Assembly: GCA_037131775.1 (NCBI GenBank)
Contig: JBAXQK010000001.1
Coordinates: forward strand, 12,708-76,707
Source of the DNA: Candidatus Uhrbacteria bacterium
GTDB taxonomy: Bacteria; Patescibacteriota; Patescibacteriia; UBA9934; GWF2-40-263
Reading direction: 5' to 3'
Length of the DNA: 64,000 bases
Program-made: the position numbers and the translations under genes
Shown: piece after piece, positions 48,130-58,448 of the stretch
How positions within the stretch are numbered: the first letter of the stretch is position 1
Layout of the letters: every line of letters starts with the position of its first letter
Notes under the pieces: model-generated
The model's input: only the letters and a program-made list of their open reading frames with translations
Database searches by the model: none
Told to the model about the DNA's origin: nothing

Positions 48130-49629
48130 ATGACCATTACCGTCCGAAAAGGAAACCTCATCGACGAAAAGGCAGATCTGCTTGTACTCAATTTGTTTGC
48201 CGGAGAAAAGCTCGGCGGCGCGGTGGAGGCGGTCAATGCGAAGCTCGACGGACTTGTCGACACGATCGCGAAGGAAGACCAGTTCAAGGCCGCGCTCGGG
48301 ACGACGCTTTCGATTCGGACCGGCGGCGCGATCCCGGCGAAGCGCTTGTTGATCGTCGGACTCGGCGACAAGAAGAAGTTCTCGGAAGAGACCGTGCGCG
48401 TCGCGGCGGCCGCATCGCTGAACGTCGCGAAGTCGATCGGCGCGAAGACGGTCGTATCCGTCCTGCACGGCGCGGGAGGCGGGGAATACGCGGCACGGCT
48501 TTGCGGCAAGGCGATCGCAGAGGGCGTGTTGCTCGCGGACTATGAGTATGGCCGGTACAAGAAGGAATCCCCCAAGAAGTCGCCGACGAGCTTCTCGATC
48601 GTAACGACGGACGGGAAGAAGGCACGATTTGCGGCGGAGGGCGCGAAGCTTGGCGAGACGTATGCGCAGGCGACGATTTTGGCCCGCGATCTCGTAAACA
48701 CGCCGCCGTCGCACATGGTTCCCGCCGATCTTGTCGAGGCCGCGAAGGCCATCGCGAAGGCGAGTCCGGGAATGAAGATCAGGGTGTTCAACCGCGCGCA
48801 GCTCGCAAAGATGGGCGCGGGCGGATTGCTCGGCATCGCGAAGGGAAGCGAGCACGAGCCATTCCTGGTCCACATGACCTATCGTCCGGCGAACGCGACG
48901 ACCAAGACGAAGTCCATCGCCCTCGTTGGCAAAGCCGTCACGTTTGACTCGGGCGGCCTTTCGCTGAAGCCCGCCAACTCGATGGAGACGATGAAGTGCG
49001 ACATGGCCGGGGCGGCCGCGGTGATCGGGGCGTTCTCCGTGATCGCGGAGCTGGCGCCGAACGCGGAGGTGCACGGAATCTTCGGCGCGGTCGAGAACAT
49101 GCCGTCGGGAACGGCCGTCCGACCGGGAGACGTGCTCACGATCATGAACGGCAAGACGATGGAAATCAAGAATACCGACGCCGAGGGCCGCGTGACGCTC
49201 GCCGACACGCTGACGTACGCCGCTCGCCTCAAGCCGAACGCGATCATCGACCTTGCGACCCTTACCGGCGCCTGCGTCGTCGCGCTCGGCGAGGAGATTA
49301 CCGGTCTCATGTCAAACGACGACGCGCTCGCGCTGAAGGTCGAGACCGCCGCAAAGTCTGCCGGCGAGCTGATGTGGCGCATGCCGCTGCCGGAGGAATA
49401 CAAGGAGCTGATCAAGACCGACATCGCGGACTACAAGAACGATGCTCCGCGCTGGGGAGGAAGCCTGACCGCGGGCCTGCTGCTCCAGGAGTTCGTCAAC
49501 GGGATCCCGTGGGTCCACCTCGACATCGCCGGACCGGCGTTCGCCGAGCATCCCGTCAACCCGTACACGAGGAAGGGCGCCACGGGCCACGCGGTCCGCA
49601 CGCTGCTCGAATATCTTCGCGCGCTATGA
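48130..49629 (+). CDS. pepA: Leucyl aminopeptidase (M17)
   Basis: GKAVTFDSGG, MKCDMAG, NTDAEGR, ATLTGA, HLDIAG. Confidence 0.96.
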   Translation: MTITVRKGNLIDEKADLLVLNLFAGEKLGGAVEAVNAKLDGLVDTIAKEDQFKAALGTTLSIRTGGAIPAKRLLIVGLGDKKKFSEETVRVAAAASLNVAKSIGAKTVVSVLHGAGGGEYAARLCGKAIAEGVLLADYEYGRYKKESPKKSPTSFSIVTTDGKKARFAAEGAKLGETYAQATILARDLVNTPPSHMVPADLVEAAKAIAKASPGMKIRVFNRAQLAKMGAGGLLGIAKGSEHEPFLVHMTYRPANATTKTKSIALVGKAVTFDSGGLSLKPANSMETMKCDMAGAAAVIGAFSVIAELAPNAEVHGIFGAVENMPSGTAVRPGDVLTIMNGKTMEIKNTDAEGRVTLADTLTYAARLKPNAIIDLATLTGACVVALGEEITGLMSNDDALALKVETAAKSAGELMWRMPLPEEYKELIKTDIADYKNDAPRWGGSLTAGLLLQEFVNGIPWVHLDIAGPAFAEHPVNPYTRKGATGHAVRTLLEYLRAL

Positions 49630-49907
49630 TCCCGGTCGAGACGAAGTATGGCAGGCTCGTCCTCGTCTGCACGAACGGGCGCGACGACGGACGCGAATGC
49701 TGCATGGCGAAGGGATCCGTCGAGTTGCACACCAAGCTTAAGGAGGCGATCAAAGCGGTCTCGGCGGACGTACGCGTGGTCAAGACGGGCTGTCTCAACG
49801 CTTGCTCGACGGGCGCGACGGTCGTGGTTATGCCGGAGAACGTCTGGTTCGGACAGGTGACGGAGGAGGATATTCCGGAGATTGTCGCGCACGCCACACG
49901 GGACTAA
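49626..49907 (+). CDS. Thioredoxin-like [2Fe-2S] ferredoxin
   Basis: VLVCTN..CC..TGCLNAC..P..W. Confidence 0.88.
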   Translation: MIPVETKYGRLVLVCTNGRDDGRECCMAKGSVELHTKLKEAIKAVSADVRVVKTGCLNACSTGATVVVMPENVWFGQVTEEDIPEIVAHATRD

Positions 49908-49972
49908 AGTCCCTTGGAAATCGAAGCCGGACTAAAGTCCGTTTGAACAAGTTCACAGGGACTTTAGTCCCG
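49899..49972. repeat. GGGACTAAAGTCCC-family cluster forming a 16-bp outer stem
   Basis: CGGGACTAAAGTCCCT (contains the ferredoxin TAA) / AGGGACTTTAGTCCCG; inner CGGACTAAAGTCCG. Confidence 0.85.
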
Positions 49973-49979
49973 TTCGCGT

Positions 49980-50210
49980 ATGACCGTCATCGTCTACTCA
50001 ACCCCGACCTGCCCGTATTGCAAGCTCGTCAAGAAATTCCTGACGAAGCACGACGTCGCGTTCACGGACATCGACGTGTCCGCCGACGCGAAAGCCGCGC
50101 ACGACATGATCAAGAAGACCGGTCAGCTCGGCGTTCCGGTCGTCGACATCGACGGGAAGACGATCGTCGGGTTCGACGAGGAGAAACTAAAAAAGGCGCT
50201 GGGCATCTAG
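49980..50210 (+). CDS. Glutaredoxin-like protein (NrdH/YruB)
   Basis: YSTPTCPYC, GVPV, VGFD. Confidence 0.92.
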   Translation: MTVIVYSTPTCPYCKLVKKFLTKHDVAFTDIDVSADAKAAHDMIKKTGQLGVPVVDIDGKTIVGFDEEKLKKALGI

Positions 50211-50235
50211 TCCCGGCGCCTTTTTCGAATCGTCG

Positions 50236-51063
50236 TTACTCGAGTGTCGTCGAGACGTTGACGGTTCCGTTCGCGTTCCATCCCTTTGCGTAGATCAATC
50301 CGTCCGCGCGCTCCTGGACCTTTGCGAACTTGCCCGACGAGAGATCGAGCGTGTAAACCGCGCCATGCTCATTGTCCGGACCCTCTCCGACCGCGAAGGC
50401 GAGCTTTGAGCTGTCGGCGTTCAGAGTAAACTGTCCAATCATGCCCCATTCGTCCGGCAGTGTGAAATCATGCGCCGGGGCCACCTTCGCATCGGCGAGC
50501 GCCGATTTCGTATCCCAGACGTAGATGTGCGTCACCGTTCCGACGGTCCCGTCGAACTGGGCGAGCGAGATCAGCTTGGATCCGTCCGTGGACAGCAGCT
50601 GAAGGCCCAGACCCCCTCGCGGTTCGACGAAGGTCGAGACCGTTCCCGTGCAGTGATCGACGGCGACAAGCTTCTCGTGTCCGCCGCCGAGCGGGATGTA
50701 TCCGCCAAGACCGGTCGGATCGAACGCGAGGTACGTGATTCCCGGAGTCTCAAGCCACGGGTATACCGCGGCCTCGCCTCCGTGGTCGAGCGTCGCCACG
50801 ACCTTGCCGTTGAGGCTGATCGTCCATTTCGCGTTCGTGTCGTCCGTGTTGACGTAGGTCACGGTTCCGGCTTTGGTACATGCCGGGATGACGGCGGCGA
50901 CGGGCGTCGGAGCGATGACGACCGGGGCCGGGGCGGCCTGCTGGACCGCAGGAGCGGGCTGTACGACGGTCTTTGCCGTCGGAGTAGAGCCGGTGCAACC
51001 AGCACCGGCAAGGGCGAGGGTTGCGCCGAGAACGAGGGTCGGGAGAATGATGCGATAATCCAT
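50236..51063 (-). CDS. Putative lipoprotein with beta-propeller-like domain
   Basis: LAGAGC lipobox-like motif, Pro/Ala linker. Confidence 0.7.
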   Translation of the reverse strand: MDYRIILPTLVLGATLALAGAGCTGSTPTAKTVVQPAPAVQQAAPAPVVIAPTPVAAVIPACTKAGTVTYVNTDDTNAKWTISLNGKVVATLDHGGEAAVYPWLETPGITYLAFDPTGLGGYIPLGGGHEKLVAVDHCTGTVSTFVEPRGGLGLQLLSTDGSKLISLAQFDGTVGTVTHIYVWDTKSALADAKVAPAHDFTLPDEWGMIGQFTLNADSSKLAFAVGEGPDNEHGAVYTLDLSSGKFAKVQERADGLIYAKGWNANGTVNVSTTLE

Positions 51064-51170
51064 AGGAAAAGGTTAATGATTGATTCGGGTGTTACAACGA
51101 GGCATCTCCCCAATGGTTACAAAATCAAAAAACCGGTTTTTACACCGGTCTTTGTATAAATCAGCCAATT

Positions 51171-51701
51171 TTACGCCTTTCCCAACGTCTTTTCGCCTAC
51201 CGACCACTCAATCGGGCACAGCTCGCCGCTTTGCAGCGCCTTGAGCACGCGGAGCGTCTCCGTGACCGAGCGTCCAACCGAGCCGGACGAGACGAGGACG
51301 TATCGAATGATACCTTCCGGGTCGATGATGAACGTTCCTCGCTCGGCGAGGCCGTCGTCGGGGTTGTAGACGTCGTAGGCCGTCGCGATCTCGTGGGTGT
51401 TGTCGGCGAGGATCGGGTAGTCGACCTCCGGGAGGTCGCGCTCGAACCAGTTCTTGTGGCTCCACTCCGAGTCCGTCGAGCAGGCGAGGACCTGGGCATT
51501 CAGCGCCGAGAACTCCTCCTTGTGCGAGGCAAACCCGCGAAGTTCCGTCGGGCAGATGAAGGTGAAGTCCCGTGGATAAAAGAAGAATACGAGCCACTTG
51601 CCGGAAAAGTCCTTGAGACTGATCGACGGAAAGAACTCCGCGCCCTTGCAATAGGACGGAACGTCGGAAAAATTCGGGGCCGGTTGAGAGATGCGAATCA
51701 T
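51171..51701 (-). CDS. ahpC: 2-Cys peroxiredoxin
   Basis: FYPRDFTFICPTE, RGTFIIDP, GRSV, LCP. Confidence 0.93.
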   Translation of the reverse strand: MIRISQPAPNFSDVPSYCKGAEFFPSISLKDFSGKWLVFFFYPRDFTFICPTELRGFASHKEEFSALNAQVLACSTDSEWSHKNWFERDLPEVDYPILADNTHEIATAYDVYNPDDGLAERGTFIIDPEGIIRYVLVSSGSVGRSVTETLRVLKALQSGELCPIEWSVGEKTLGKA

Positions 51702-51706
51702 AGTTG

Positions 51707-52321
51707 TTAGGAAAGGTTAATCAGCTTTGCCTTGTCGTAGACGGCCGTCGCGGCGGCCCAGTTGAGGTTTTTCCAGAAGTCGGAGATGTATGCCTTGCGG
51801 TCGGCGCCGTAGTCGATGAAGTAGGCGTGCTCGTAGACGTCAAGGACGATGAGCGGAATGGCGCCCCAGACGCCGCCCTGGTTGTGGGCGTCGGCGCCAT
51901 AGATCTTGAGACGAGCGAGATGCGTGTCCCAGGCGAGGACGACCCACCCGCGCATGGCCATGCCCGTTGCAGAGACCAGCGCGATGAGCGCGTCGACGGA
52001 CCCATACTGTTCCGAGATCGCGTCCGCGAGCGAACCGCTTGGGGCGCCATCGCCGCCGAGGACGTTGAAGTAGTGCTCGTGGAGGTACACGCCGTTCGTG
52101 GCGAACGTCTCGCCGTCGCGAAGCGCGCGCAGCTCGGAGTACGACTGGTTCGCGGCGGCGAGCGCCTCCGGGCTCTTCGAGAGCTCGACGAGCTTGTCCG
52201 CGATTTCCTTCATCTTGTTCACGTACCCAACGTACAGCTTGTCGTGATGGATCGCGATGGTCTTGTCCGAGATGCCGATGAGCGGCGTCGCGAACGGAAT
52301 GAGCTTGGGCTCGTATTGCAT
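51707..52321 (-). CDS. sod: Fe/Mn superoxide dismutase family protein
   Basis: IHHDKLYVGYV, LHEHYF, GW, LDVYEHAY. Confidence 0.9.
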   Translation of the reverse strand: MQYEPKLIPFATPLIGISDKTIAIHHDKLYVGYVNKMKEIADKLVELSKSPEALAAANQSYSELRALRDGETFATNGVYLHEHYFNVLGGDGAPSGSLADAISEQYGSVDALIALVSATGMAMRGWVVLAWDTHLARLKIYGADAHNQGGVWGAIPLIVLDVYEHAYFIDYGADRKAYISDFWKNLNWAAATAVYDKAKLINLS

Positions 52322-52360
52322 ATTGGTTGTTAGTGTATGCTACTATACTACGCGACATCT

Positions 52361-53239
52361 ATGCGACGATCAACTATCGGAATCGCGATTCTCCTAGGGC
52401 TGGTGGCATCCGTCATTTTGTACGGGTTCCATTGGTTTTATCGCGTGCCGCCGGAAGATACGACGGACGCGAATCGCGGGTTCGACGCGTCGGACCTTGT
52501 CTCGGGAGGAACTCCGGACGGCGGAATCCCATCAATAGATACCCCGATCTTCGAATCCGTTGCGGAGGCGGACCAATATCTGAAGGACGACGGAATGGGA
52601 TTGGACGTCGAATTGGACGGAAGGCACCGGTTCTATCCCTTTCAGATCGTTGTCTGGCACGAGATCGTCAACGACACGTTCGGCGATAAGAACCTTGCGG
52701 TGACATTCTCGCCGCTGACGATGACCGGGATGGTCTTTGAGCGGCCGGACGTGACGACGGTCTTCCACGTCGCCGGCTCGCTTTGGAGCGACAACCTCAT
52801 TCTCGTCGACGCGGCGACGAAGTCGCTCTGGAGCCAGATCCTTGGCCGGGCCGTCGTCGGAGAACGGTCAGGGACGGTCCTCGTGCCGTACCAGACGACC
52901 GTCGTATCGTGGACCGACTGGAAGGTTGAAAACCCGCGCGGGGAGGTTCTGTCGCGCGACACCGCCGCCAGTCGCGACTATACGCGCGATCCGTACGGCA
53001 ATTACGCTGCATCGCCGTCGATCCTGTTCCCACTAACGACGGTCGACGCGCGGCTCCCCGCGAAGACAATGGTGTACGTCGTGACGGACGGGGATGCGCG
53101 AACGGCCTATCCCGCGGACGCCGTCGCCAAGGTCAAAGACGTCCAGGCGCTGATCGCGTCGTCCGACAGCGTCGTCCAGGGATTCTGGTTCGTCTTCGCC
53201 GCCGCGTATCCCGGAATCACGCTCTATCAACTCCCATAG
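52361..53239 (+). CDS. DUF3179 domain protein
   Basis: GIPSIDTP, WHEIVND, SLWSQ, FWF. Confidence 0.85.
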   Translation: MRRSTIGIAILLGLVASVILYGFHWFYRVPPEDTTDANRGFDASDLVSGGTPDGGIPSIDTPIFESVAEADQYLKDDGMGLDVELDGRHRFYPFQIVVWHEIVNDTFGDKNLAVTFSPLTMTGMVFERPDVTTVFHVAGSLWSDNLILVDAATKSLWSQILGRAVVGERSGTVLVPYQTTVVSWTDWKVENPRGEVLSRDTAASRDYTRDPYGNYAASPSILFPLTTVDARLPAKTMVYVVTDGDARTAYPADAVAKVKDVQALIASSDSVVQGFWFVFAAAYPGITLYQLP

Positions 53240-53242
53240 CCT

Positions 53243-53917
53243 ATGCCAACCCTCTACATCGTCGCCACGCCCATCGGGAACCTGTCAGACACGACGGAGC
53301 GCGCCAAGCAGACGCTTGCGTCCGTCGACGCGATCCTTTGCGAGGACACGCGCGTCACGTCGAAGCTTCTGTCCGTCTTTGGGATTCAACGAACGCTCGT
53401 GGCCTACCACCAGCATTCCGACGACCATGACGTGAAGAAGATTCTGGAGATGCTCAAGGAAGGGAAGTCGCTCGCGCTTGTGACTGACGCTGGGACGCCG
53501 GGCATCTCCGATCCGGGAGGTCGACTCGTCGAAGCCGTCGTCCGCGAGCTGGGCGAAACCGTGACGATCGTCCCGATCCCGGGAGCCTGCGCCGCCATCG
53601 CCGCGCTGTCCGTGTCGGGGTTTCCGACGGATTCGTTTACGTTCCTCGGATTCCCCCCGCACAAAAAAGGTCGTCAGACATTCTTTAGAGATTTGGTCGG
53701 AATGTCGACGACCGTCGTCTTCTACGAAAGCACGCACCGCATCGAAAAGTGCCTCGACGAGCTCAACGCCAACATGCCAACCCGCCGCATCGTCGTCTGT
53801 CGCGAGCTCACCAAGATGCACGAGACCATTTACCGCGGTACGGCCGCCGACGTGACAGAGCGTCTGAAAAAGACTAGTATTCGAGGCGAATTCGTCGTCG
53901 TCATCGCTCCTCGCTAA
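53243..53917 (+). CDS. rsmI: 16S rRNA C1402 2'-O-methyltransferase
   Basis: LYIVATPIGNL, CEDTR, DAGTPGISDPG, RELTKMHE. Confidence 0.96.
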   Translation: MPTLYIVATPIGNLSDTTERAKQTLASVDAILCEDTRVTSKLLSVFGIQRTLVAYHQHSDDHDVKKILEMLKEGKSLALVTDAGTPGISDPGGRLVEAVVRELGETVTIVPIPGACAAIAALSVSGFPTDSFTFLGFPPHKKGRQTFFRDLVGMSTTVVFYESTHRIEKCLDELNANMPTRRIVVCRELTKMHETIYRGTAADVTERLKKTSIRGEFVVVIAPR

Positions 53918-53927
53918 CCTTCCGAGT

Positions 53928-55424
53928 ATGTCAAACTATTACATCACCACCACGCTCCCATACGTAAATTCCGACCCGCACATCGGGTTCGCGCTTGAGA
54001 TCGTCCAGGCGGACATGCTTGCGCGCTACCGGTGTCTTCTCGGCGATACCGTCGTCTTCAACACCGGGACGGACGAGCACGGGATGAAGATTTGGAACAA
54101 CGCGAAGGAGCTGGGGATGGATCCGAAGGCCTACTGCGACGGATACGCGGCCAAGTTCGACGGGCTCAAGCAGGCCCTGAACCTGACGTATACGCATTTC
54201 ATCCGCACGACCGACGCGCATCACATCGAGGCGGCGCAGGCGTTTTGGAAAAAGTGCGCGGACGCCGGAGACATCTACAAGAAGGCATACAGCGTGAAGT
54301 ACTGCGTCGGATGCGAGCTGGAGAAGACAGACTCGGAACTCGTCGAAGGGAAATGCCCGGTCCATCCGAACATGGCGCTTGAGCTGATCGAGGAGGAGAA
54401 CTACTTTTTCCGATGGTCCAACTACCAGCAGGCGCTTCTCGACCACTACGCGACGCACCCGGACTTTGTCGTTCCCGACCATCGTCTCACCGAGATTCGG
54501 AACTTCGTCGAGGGCGGTCTCCAGGACTTCAGCATCTCGCGCCTCGCGTCCAAGATGCCGTGGGGCGTCCCAGTTCCCGACGACGCGGATCAGGTGATGT
54601 ATGTTTGGTTCGACGCGCTGGTGAATTATATCTCGACGCTCGGCTGGCCGAAGACCGACGGATTGTTCGCGGACTTCTGGCCCGGTGTCCAGGTGGCCGG
54701 AAAGGACAACCTGCGCCAGCAGTCGGCTATGTGGCAGGGAATGCTGCTGTCCGCGGGAATCCCTTTGTCGAAGCAGATCTTCATCCACGGTTTCATTACC
54801 GCGGAAGGACAGAAGATGTCCAAGTCGCTCGGCAACGTCGTGAACCCGTACGACCTTGTCGCGTCGCATGGCACGGACGCCACGCGCTACTATCTGCTCG
54901 GCGCGATCCCGTCGTACCAGGACGGCGACTACTCGGCGAAGGTATTCGGCGAAACGTACGCGTCGAAGCTTGCGAACGGAGTCGGCAACCTTGCGGCGCG
55001 CGTCACGATGATGGCGACGAAGTTCTGCGACGGGAAGGTTCCCGCGGTCGTCGAGGACAGATTCGAAACGGCAGCGTTCTGGACGGCGTATCACGACGCG
55101 ATCGCGCGCTATCGGTTCGACGAGGCCGTCCGCGCGGTCGAGGACCTTGCCACCGCGTGCAACCAGGCCATCGACGTGGAGGCGCCGTGGAAGAAGGTCA
55201 AGGAGGGAATCGACGTGTCGCCGTTCCTCTATCAGCTGCTCGAGGCCGTTCGGATCATCGCGACGGCTCTTCTCCCGGTTACTCCGGGCGCGGCCACGAA
55301 GATCCTCGCCGACCTTTCCGTCGACGCGGCGACCGTCCGCCTTCCCGACGACGGCGCATGGGGCAAACTCGTTCCGGGTGCTACCATTGTGAAAGGCGAA
55401 CCATTATTCCCGCGAAAAGAATAA
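53928..55424 (+). CDS. metG: Methionyl-tRNA synthetase
   Basis: HIGF, GTDEHG, YVWFDAL, KMSKS. Confidence 0.96.
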   Translation: MSNYYITTTLPYVNSDPHIGFALEIVQADMLARYRCLLGDTVVFNTGTDEHGMKIWNNAKELGMDPKAYCDGYAAKFDGLKQALNLTYTHFIRTTDAHHIEAAQAFWKKCADAGDIYKKAYSVKYCVGCELEKTDSELVEGKCPVHPNMALELIEEENYFFRWSNYQQALLDHYATHPDFVVPDHRLTEIRNFVEGGLQDFSISRLASKMPWGVPVPDDADQVMYVWFDALVNYISTLGWPKTDGLFADFWPGVQVAGKDNLRQQSAMWQGMLLSAGIPLSKQIFIHGFITAEGQKMSKSLGNVVNPYDLVASHGTDATRYYLLGAIPSYQDGDYSAKVFGETYASKLANGVGNLAARVTMMATKFCDGKVPAVVEDRFETAAFWTAYHDAIARYRFDEAVRAVEDLATACNQAIDVEAPWKKVKEGIDVSPFLYQLLEAVRIIATALLPVTPGAATKILADLSVDAATVRLPDDGAWGKLVPGATIVKGEPLFPRKE

Positions 55425-55425
55425 T

Positions 55426-55929
55426 ATGTTTCTCGTCGATCTCATCCTTGTCGTCATTATCGGCCTGTTCGTCCTCTTCGGATTCCTGTTCGGGCTGGTC
55501 CATACGCTCGGGAGCCTGATCGGAACCATCCTCGGAACGGTCATCACGAGCCGGCTCATCGACCCGGCGTTCGCGAAGTTCGGATCGTTTCTCGGCGGTG
55601 GGGCGATTGCGAAGATCGTCCTGTTCATCTTTATTTTTCTCGTCATCTCCCGCCTGATCGGCCTGCTGTTCTGGGTCGTCGAAAAGGTCCTCGGCATCTT
55701 CGCCATGGTCCCGTTCGCCAAGACCTTCAATCGCCTCCTCGGCGCCGCGTTCGGCTTCGTCGAAGGGGTGATCGTCGTCGGCGTCGTCCTCTTCTTCGCC
55801 CTTCAATATCTTCCGAACGACGCCGTGCGTGCCGCCCTCGAGCAATCGAACGTGGCGACGTATCTTCTCGCCGTCACCGCGGCGATCCAGGTGATGTATC
55901 CCGAGGGGACGAAATTGCTCACAAAGTAG
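55426..55929 (+). CDS. cvpA: CvpA/colicin V production family membrane protein
   Basis: DLIL..GFLFG, NRLLGAAFGFVEG. Confidence 0.85.
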   Translation: MFLVDLILVVIIGLFVLFGFLFGLVHTLGSLIGTILGTVITSRLIDPAFAKFGSFLGGGAIAKIVLFIFIFLVISRLIGLLFWVVEKVLGIFAMVPFAKTFNRLLGAAFGFVEGVIVVGVVLFFALQYLPNDAVRAALEQSNVATYLLAVTAAIQVMYPEGTKLLTK

Positions 55930-56011
55930 GCTAAAGGCTGAAAGGCGTTTGGCTTAAGGATTGTCCTTAACGAAAAGTCCTTAAGCCTTAGGCCTAACTG
56001 CCTAAAGCCTA
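55927..56011 (+). repeat. AGGC/GCCT heptamer-repeat hairpin from the cvpA stop to the tatD start
   Basis: 35-nt arms 55927-55961 and 55977-56011 pair without gaps. Confidence 0.85.
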
Positions 56012-56014
56012 TCT

Positions 56015-56902
56015 ATGATCGACACGCACTGTCACGTTCACTTCAACGCGTTCAAGGAGGACATGGACGAGGTTATCCGCCGCACGCTCGAAAAGGGCGT
56101 GCGTATGGTTTCGGTGGGAACGCAGGCGACGACGAGCGCAAACGGGCTGAAGGTCGCGGAGAAGTACGACGGGCTCTGGGCGACGGTCGGCTTGCATCCG
56201 AATCATCTGTGCGAGCAGGAGTTCTTCGACGAGCAGGAACTTGGCGGAGGCTCTCCGCCAGCGCCCGGCGTTGACGGTCCGGTCAAGATCAAGACGCGGT
56301 GCGAGACGTTCGACCACGCGACGTATCTCGAGCTTGCGCGACATCCGAAGTGCGTCGCCATTGGCGAGTGCGGGCTCGACTATTACCGCCTGCCTGAGAA
56401 CGTCGACCGCGACGAGACGATCGCGAAGCAGAAGGTCACCGTCCGCCAGCAGTTCGACCTTGCGCACGAAGTCGGCCTTCCCGTGGTCATCCACTGCCGC
56501 GACGCGCATGCCGACCAGCAGGCGATCATCCGCGAGTACCTCGAGGCGGGGAAGTTGCAGAGGCGGGGAGTGATCCACTGCTTTACTGGGACGATCGAGG
56601 AAGCGACGGCGTACGTCGAGCTCGGTTTTTTAATCTCGTTTACGGGCGTTATTACGTTCCCGCCGCGCAAGACGGAAGGACCGATCTCGCCGCTCCAAAC
56701 AGTCGTCCGTGACCTTCCGCTCGAGAACATGATGGTTGAGACCGACTCGCCGTACCTGACGCCGGTCCCGCACCGGGGAGAACGGAACGAGCCCTGGATG
56801 GTTCGGTTCGTCGCGGCAAAGATTTCCGAGCTGAAAAAAGTAAGCCTTGAGGAAGTCGATCGCGTGACGACGGAGAACGCGAAGAGACTGTTTGGAATTT
56901 AG
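56015..56902 (+). CDS. tatD: TatD family DNase
   Basis: DTHCH, GLHP, IGECGLDY, IHCR, HCF, ETDSPYL. Confidence 0.95.
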   Translation: MIDTHCHVHFNAFKEDMDEVIRRTLEKGVRMVSVGTQATTSANGLKVAEKYDGLWATVGLHPNHLCEQEFFDEQELGGGSPPAPGVDGPVKIKTRCETFDHATYLELARHPKCVAIGECGLDYYRLPENVDRDETIAKQKVTVRQQFDLAHEVGLPVVIHCRDAHADQQAIIREYLEAGKLQRRGVIHCFTGTIEEATAYVELGFLISFTGVITFPPRKTEGPISPLQTVVRDLPLENMMVETDSPYLTPVPHRGERNEPWMVRFVAAKISELKKVSLEEVDRVTTENAKRLFGI

Positions 56903-56941
56903 GAAAAGAAAAAGACGACACGCGGGGTGTCGTCAGTGTGC

Positions 56942-58390
56942 CTAGACGGCCGCCTCGGGCGGAGCGGCGTCGGCTTCAGGGGCCGCCGCGGGCGCTTCGT
57001 CTGCGGGCGGTTCCGCTGCCTTCGCCGCTTCCGCCGCGGCCTTCAGGAGCCTGCGGATCGCCCCGAGGCAGTGGTTGCGGAGGCCGCGGTGGTTCGGGTT
57101 CTTCCAGGAGAAGCCCTGGCTCAGAGCCTTCCCGATCATGGTGGTGAGCACGTCCTCGCCGTCATCGGCCTTCGAAGCCTCCGACAGCTCGTCCGCGTCC
57201 ATCGTGATCGCCTCCAGCCCGAGGTTGACCGCCTTGAGCTGTTCGTCCCGGACCGCGAGGGCCTTCTTGAACGCCGTGTCCAGCAGGTTGAACTGCAGGC
57301 CGGCCTGCTTCACCGCCCGCGCGATGAAGTTCGCCGAGACGCCGGGGACCTTCGTCATGCGTCCCTGCACCTTGTCCGGGTGCAGCGCGAACGCGATCGT
57401 CCGTGAGGCATCGCGCAGCTGGCCGTACGACGAGTCGACCGTGATCGCGTCGAAGGTGACGCCGTCCGTTTCGTGCGCGGACTCGAGCACCGTCCAGATG
57501 CTGCGCACCTCGCCCTTGGCGACCTTCATCTCCTCGGGGCCAACCTCGACGCCGTCGCCGATGTCGATCTCGCCGCTCGCCACGGCCTCCTCCACGGCCT
57601 CCTGGGCAAGCGCCGTTCCCACCGCGGGGAGCGGAACCGCGATGATCATGTCGCCGCGCTGGGTCAGCATGAACTCGCACGGGTGGGTCCACGCCACGAT
57701 GGGCGGAAGCGGGGACAGGATCTTCAGGCCCGACAGGTGGATGGCCTGCGGTTCGATCCCGCGGACCTTGCCGTCCCGGTCCTTTCGAATCCCGGGGTAG
57801 ATCTGGACCGTCGTCTTCACGCCCTTGTGCGCGGCCGCGCGCATGAACCAGCCTTCCTTGTCGGCCTTCTCGAGGTCGAGCGGGAGGAAGAGGCCCACGG
57901 TCTTGCGGCCGTTGCTGTAGCTCCACGCCACGAGGCCGCTGACCGGCGTCTCGGGGATGGTGCAGGCCCCGTCGCGGTAGAACGCGAGGGGCGTGGCGCC
58001 GTAGACCAAGCAGCGGTTCTCCTCGTCGATGAAGACCAGGTCGCTGCCGACCTGCTTCATGTACGCGCCGTGGATGGCGATGGGGAAGTCCAGCATCGGG
58101 TCGCCGAAGCGGCCCGTCCGGAGTGCGTCCCCGAAGATCGCCGTGTGCTTCTTGGCGATCTCGAGCGGCCGAGCCGTCCGGTCCATCAGCCTGCAGAAGC
58201 GCATGCCGTGGACGATCTCGACCGGGGGACGCTCGGTATCGCCGATGCGCTCGATCTCGACGTGGACCCCGTTGACCCGCAGGATGTCGAGATGCTCCCC
58301 GATCTTCAGCTCGCGGATGGTCTGCCGGACCTCGCTGCTTCGCTCGTTCTTGCCGTTCTTGTTCTTGTCGTTCTGCTTGCTGTCGGCCAT
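56942..58390 (-). CDS. Large hypothetical protein with J-domain-like HPD segment
   Basis: Strong GC3 coding bias, GGGAG SD, QLRDASRTIAFALHPDK. Confidence 0.7.
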   Translation of the reverse strand: MADSKQNDKNKNGKNERSSEVRQTIRELKIGEHLDILRVNGVHVEIERIGDTERPPVEIVHGMRFCRLMDRTARPLEIAKKHTAIFGDALRTGRFGDPMLDFPIAIHGAYMKQVGSDLVFIDEENRCLVYGATPLAFYRDGACTIPETPVSGLVAWSYSNGRKTVGLFLPLDLEKADKEGWFMRAAAHKGVKTTVQIYPGIRKDRDGKVRGIEPQAIHLSGLKILSPLPPIVAWTHPCEFMLTQRGDMIIAVPLPAVGTALAQEAVEEAVASGEIDIGDGVEVGPEEMKVAKGEVRSIWTVLESAHETDGVTFDAITVDSSYGQLRDASRTIAFALHPDKVQGRMTKVPGVSANFIARAVKQAGLQFNLLDTAFKKALAVRDEQLKAVNLGLEAITMDADELSEASKADDGEDVLTTMIGKALSQGFSWKNPNHRGLRNHCLGAIRRLLKAAAEAAKAAEPPADEAPAAAPEADAAPPEAAV

Positions 58391-58448
58391 GATGGCTCCC
58401 TGGTGAAGTTGTTTTCCCACGCATCGGCGGCGCCAATGCTGAGGACGC

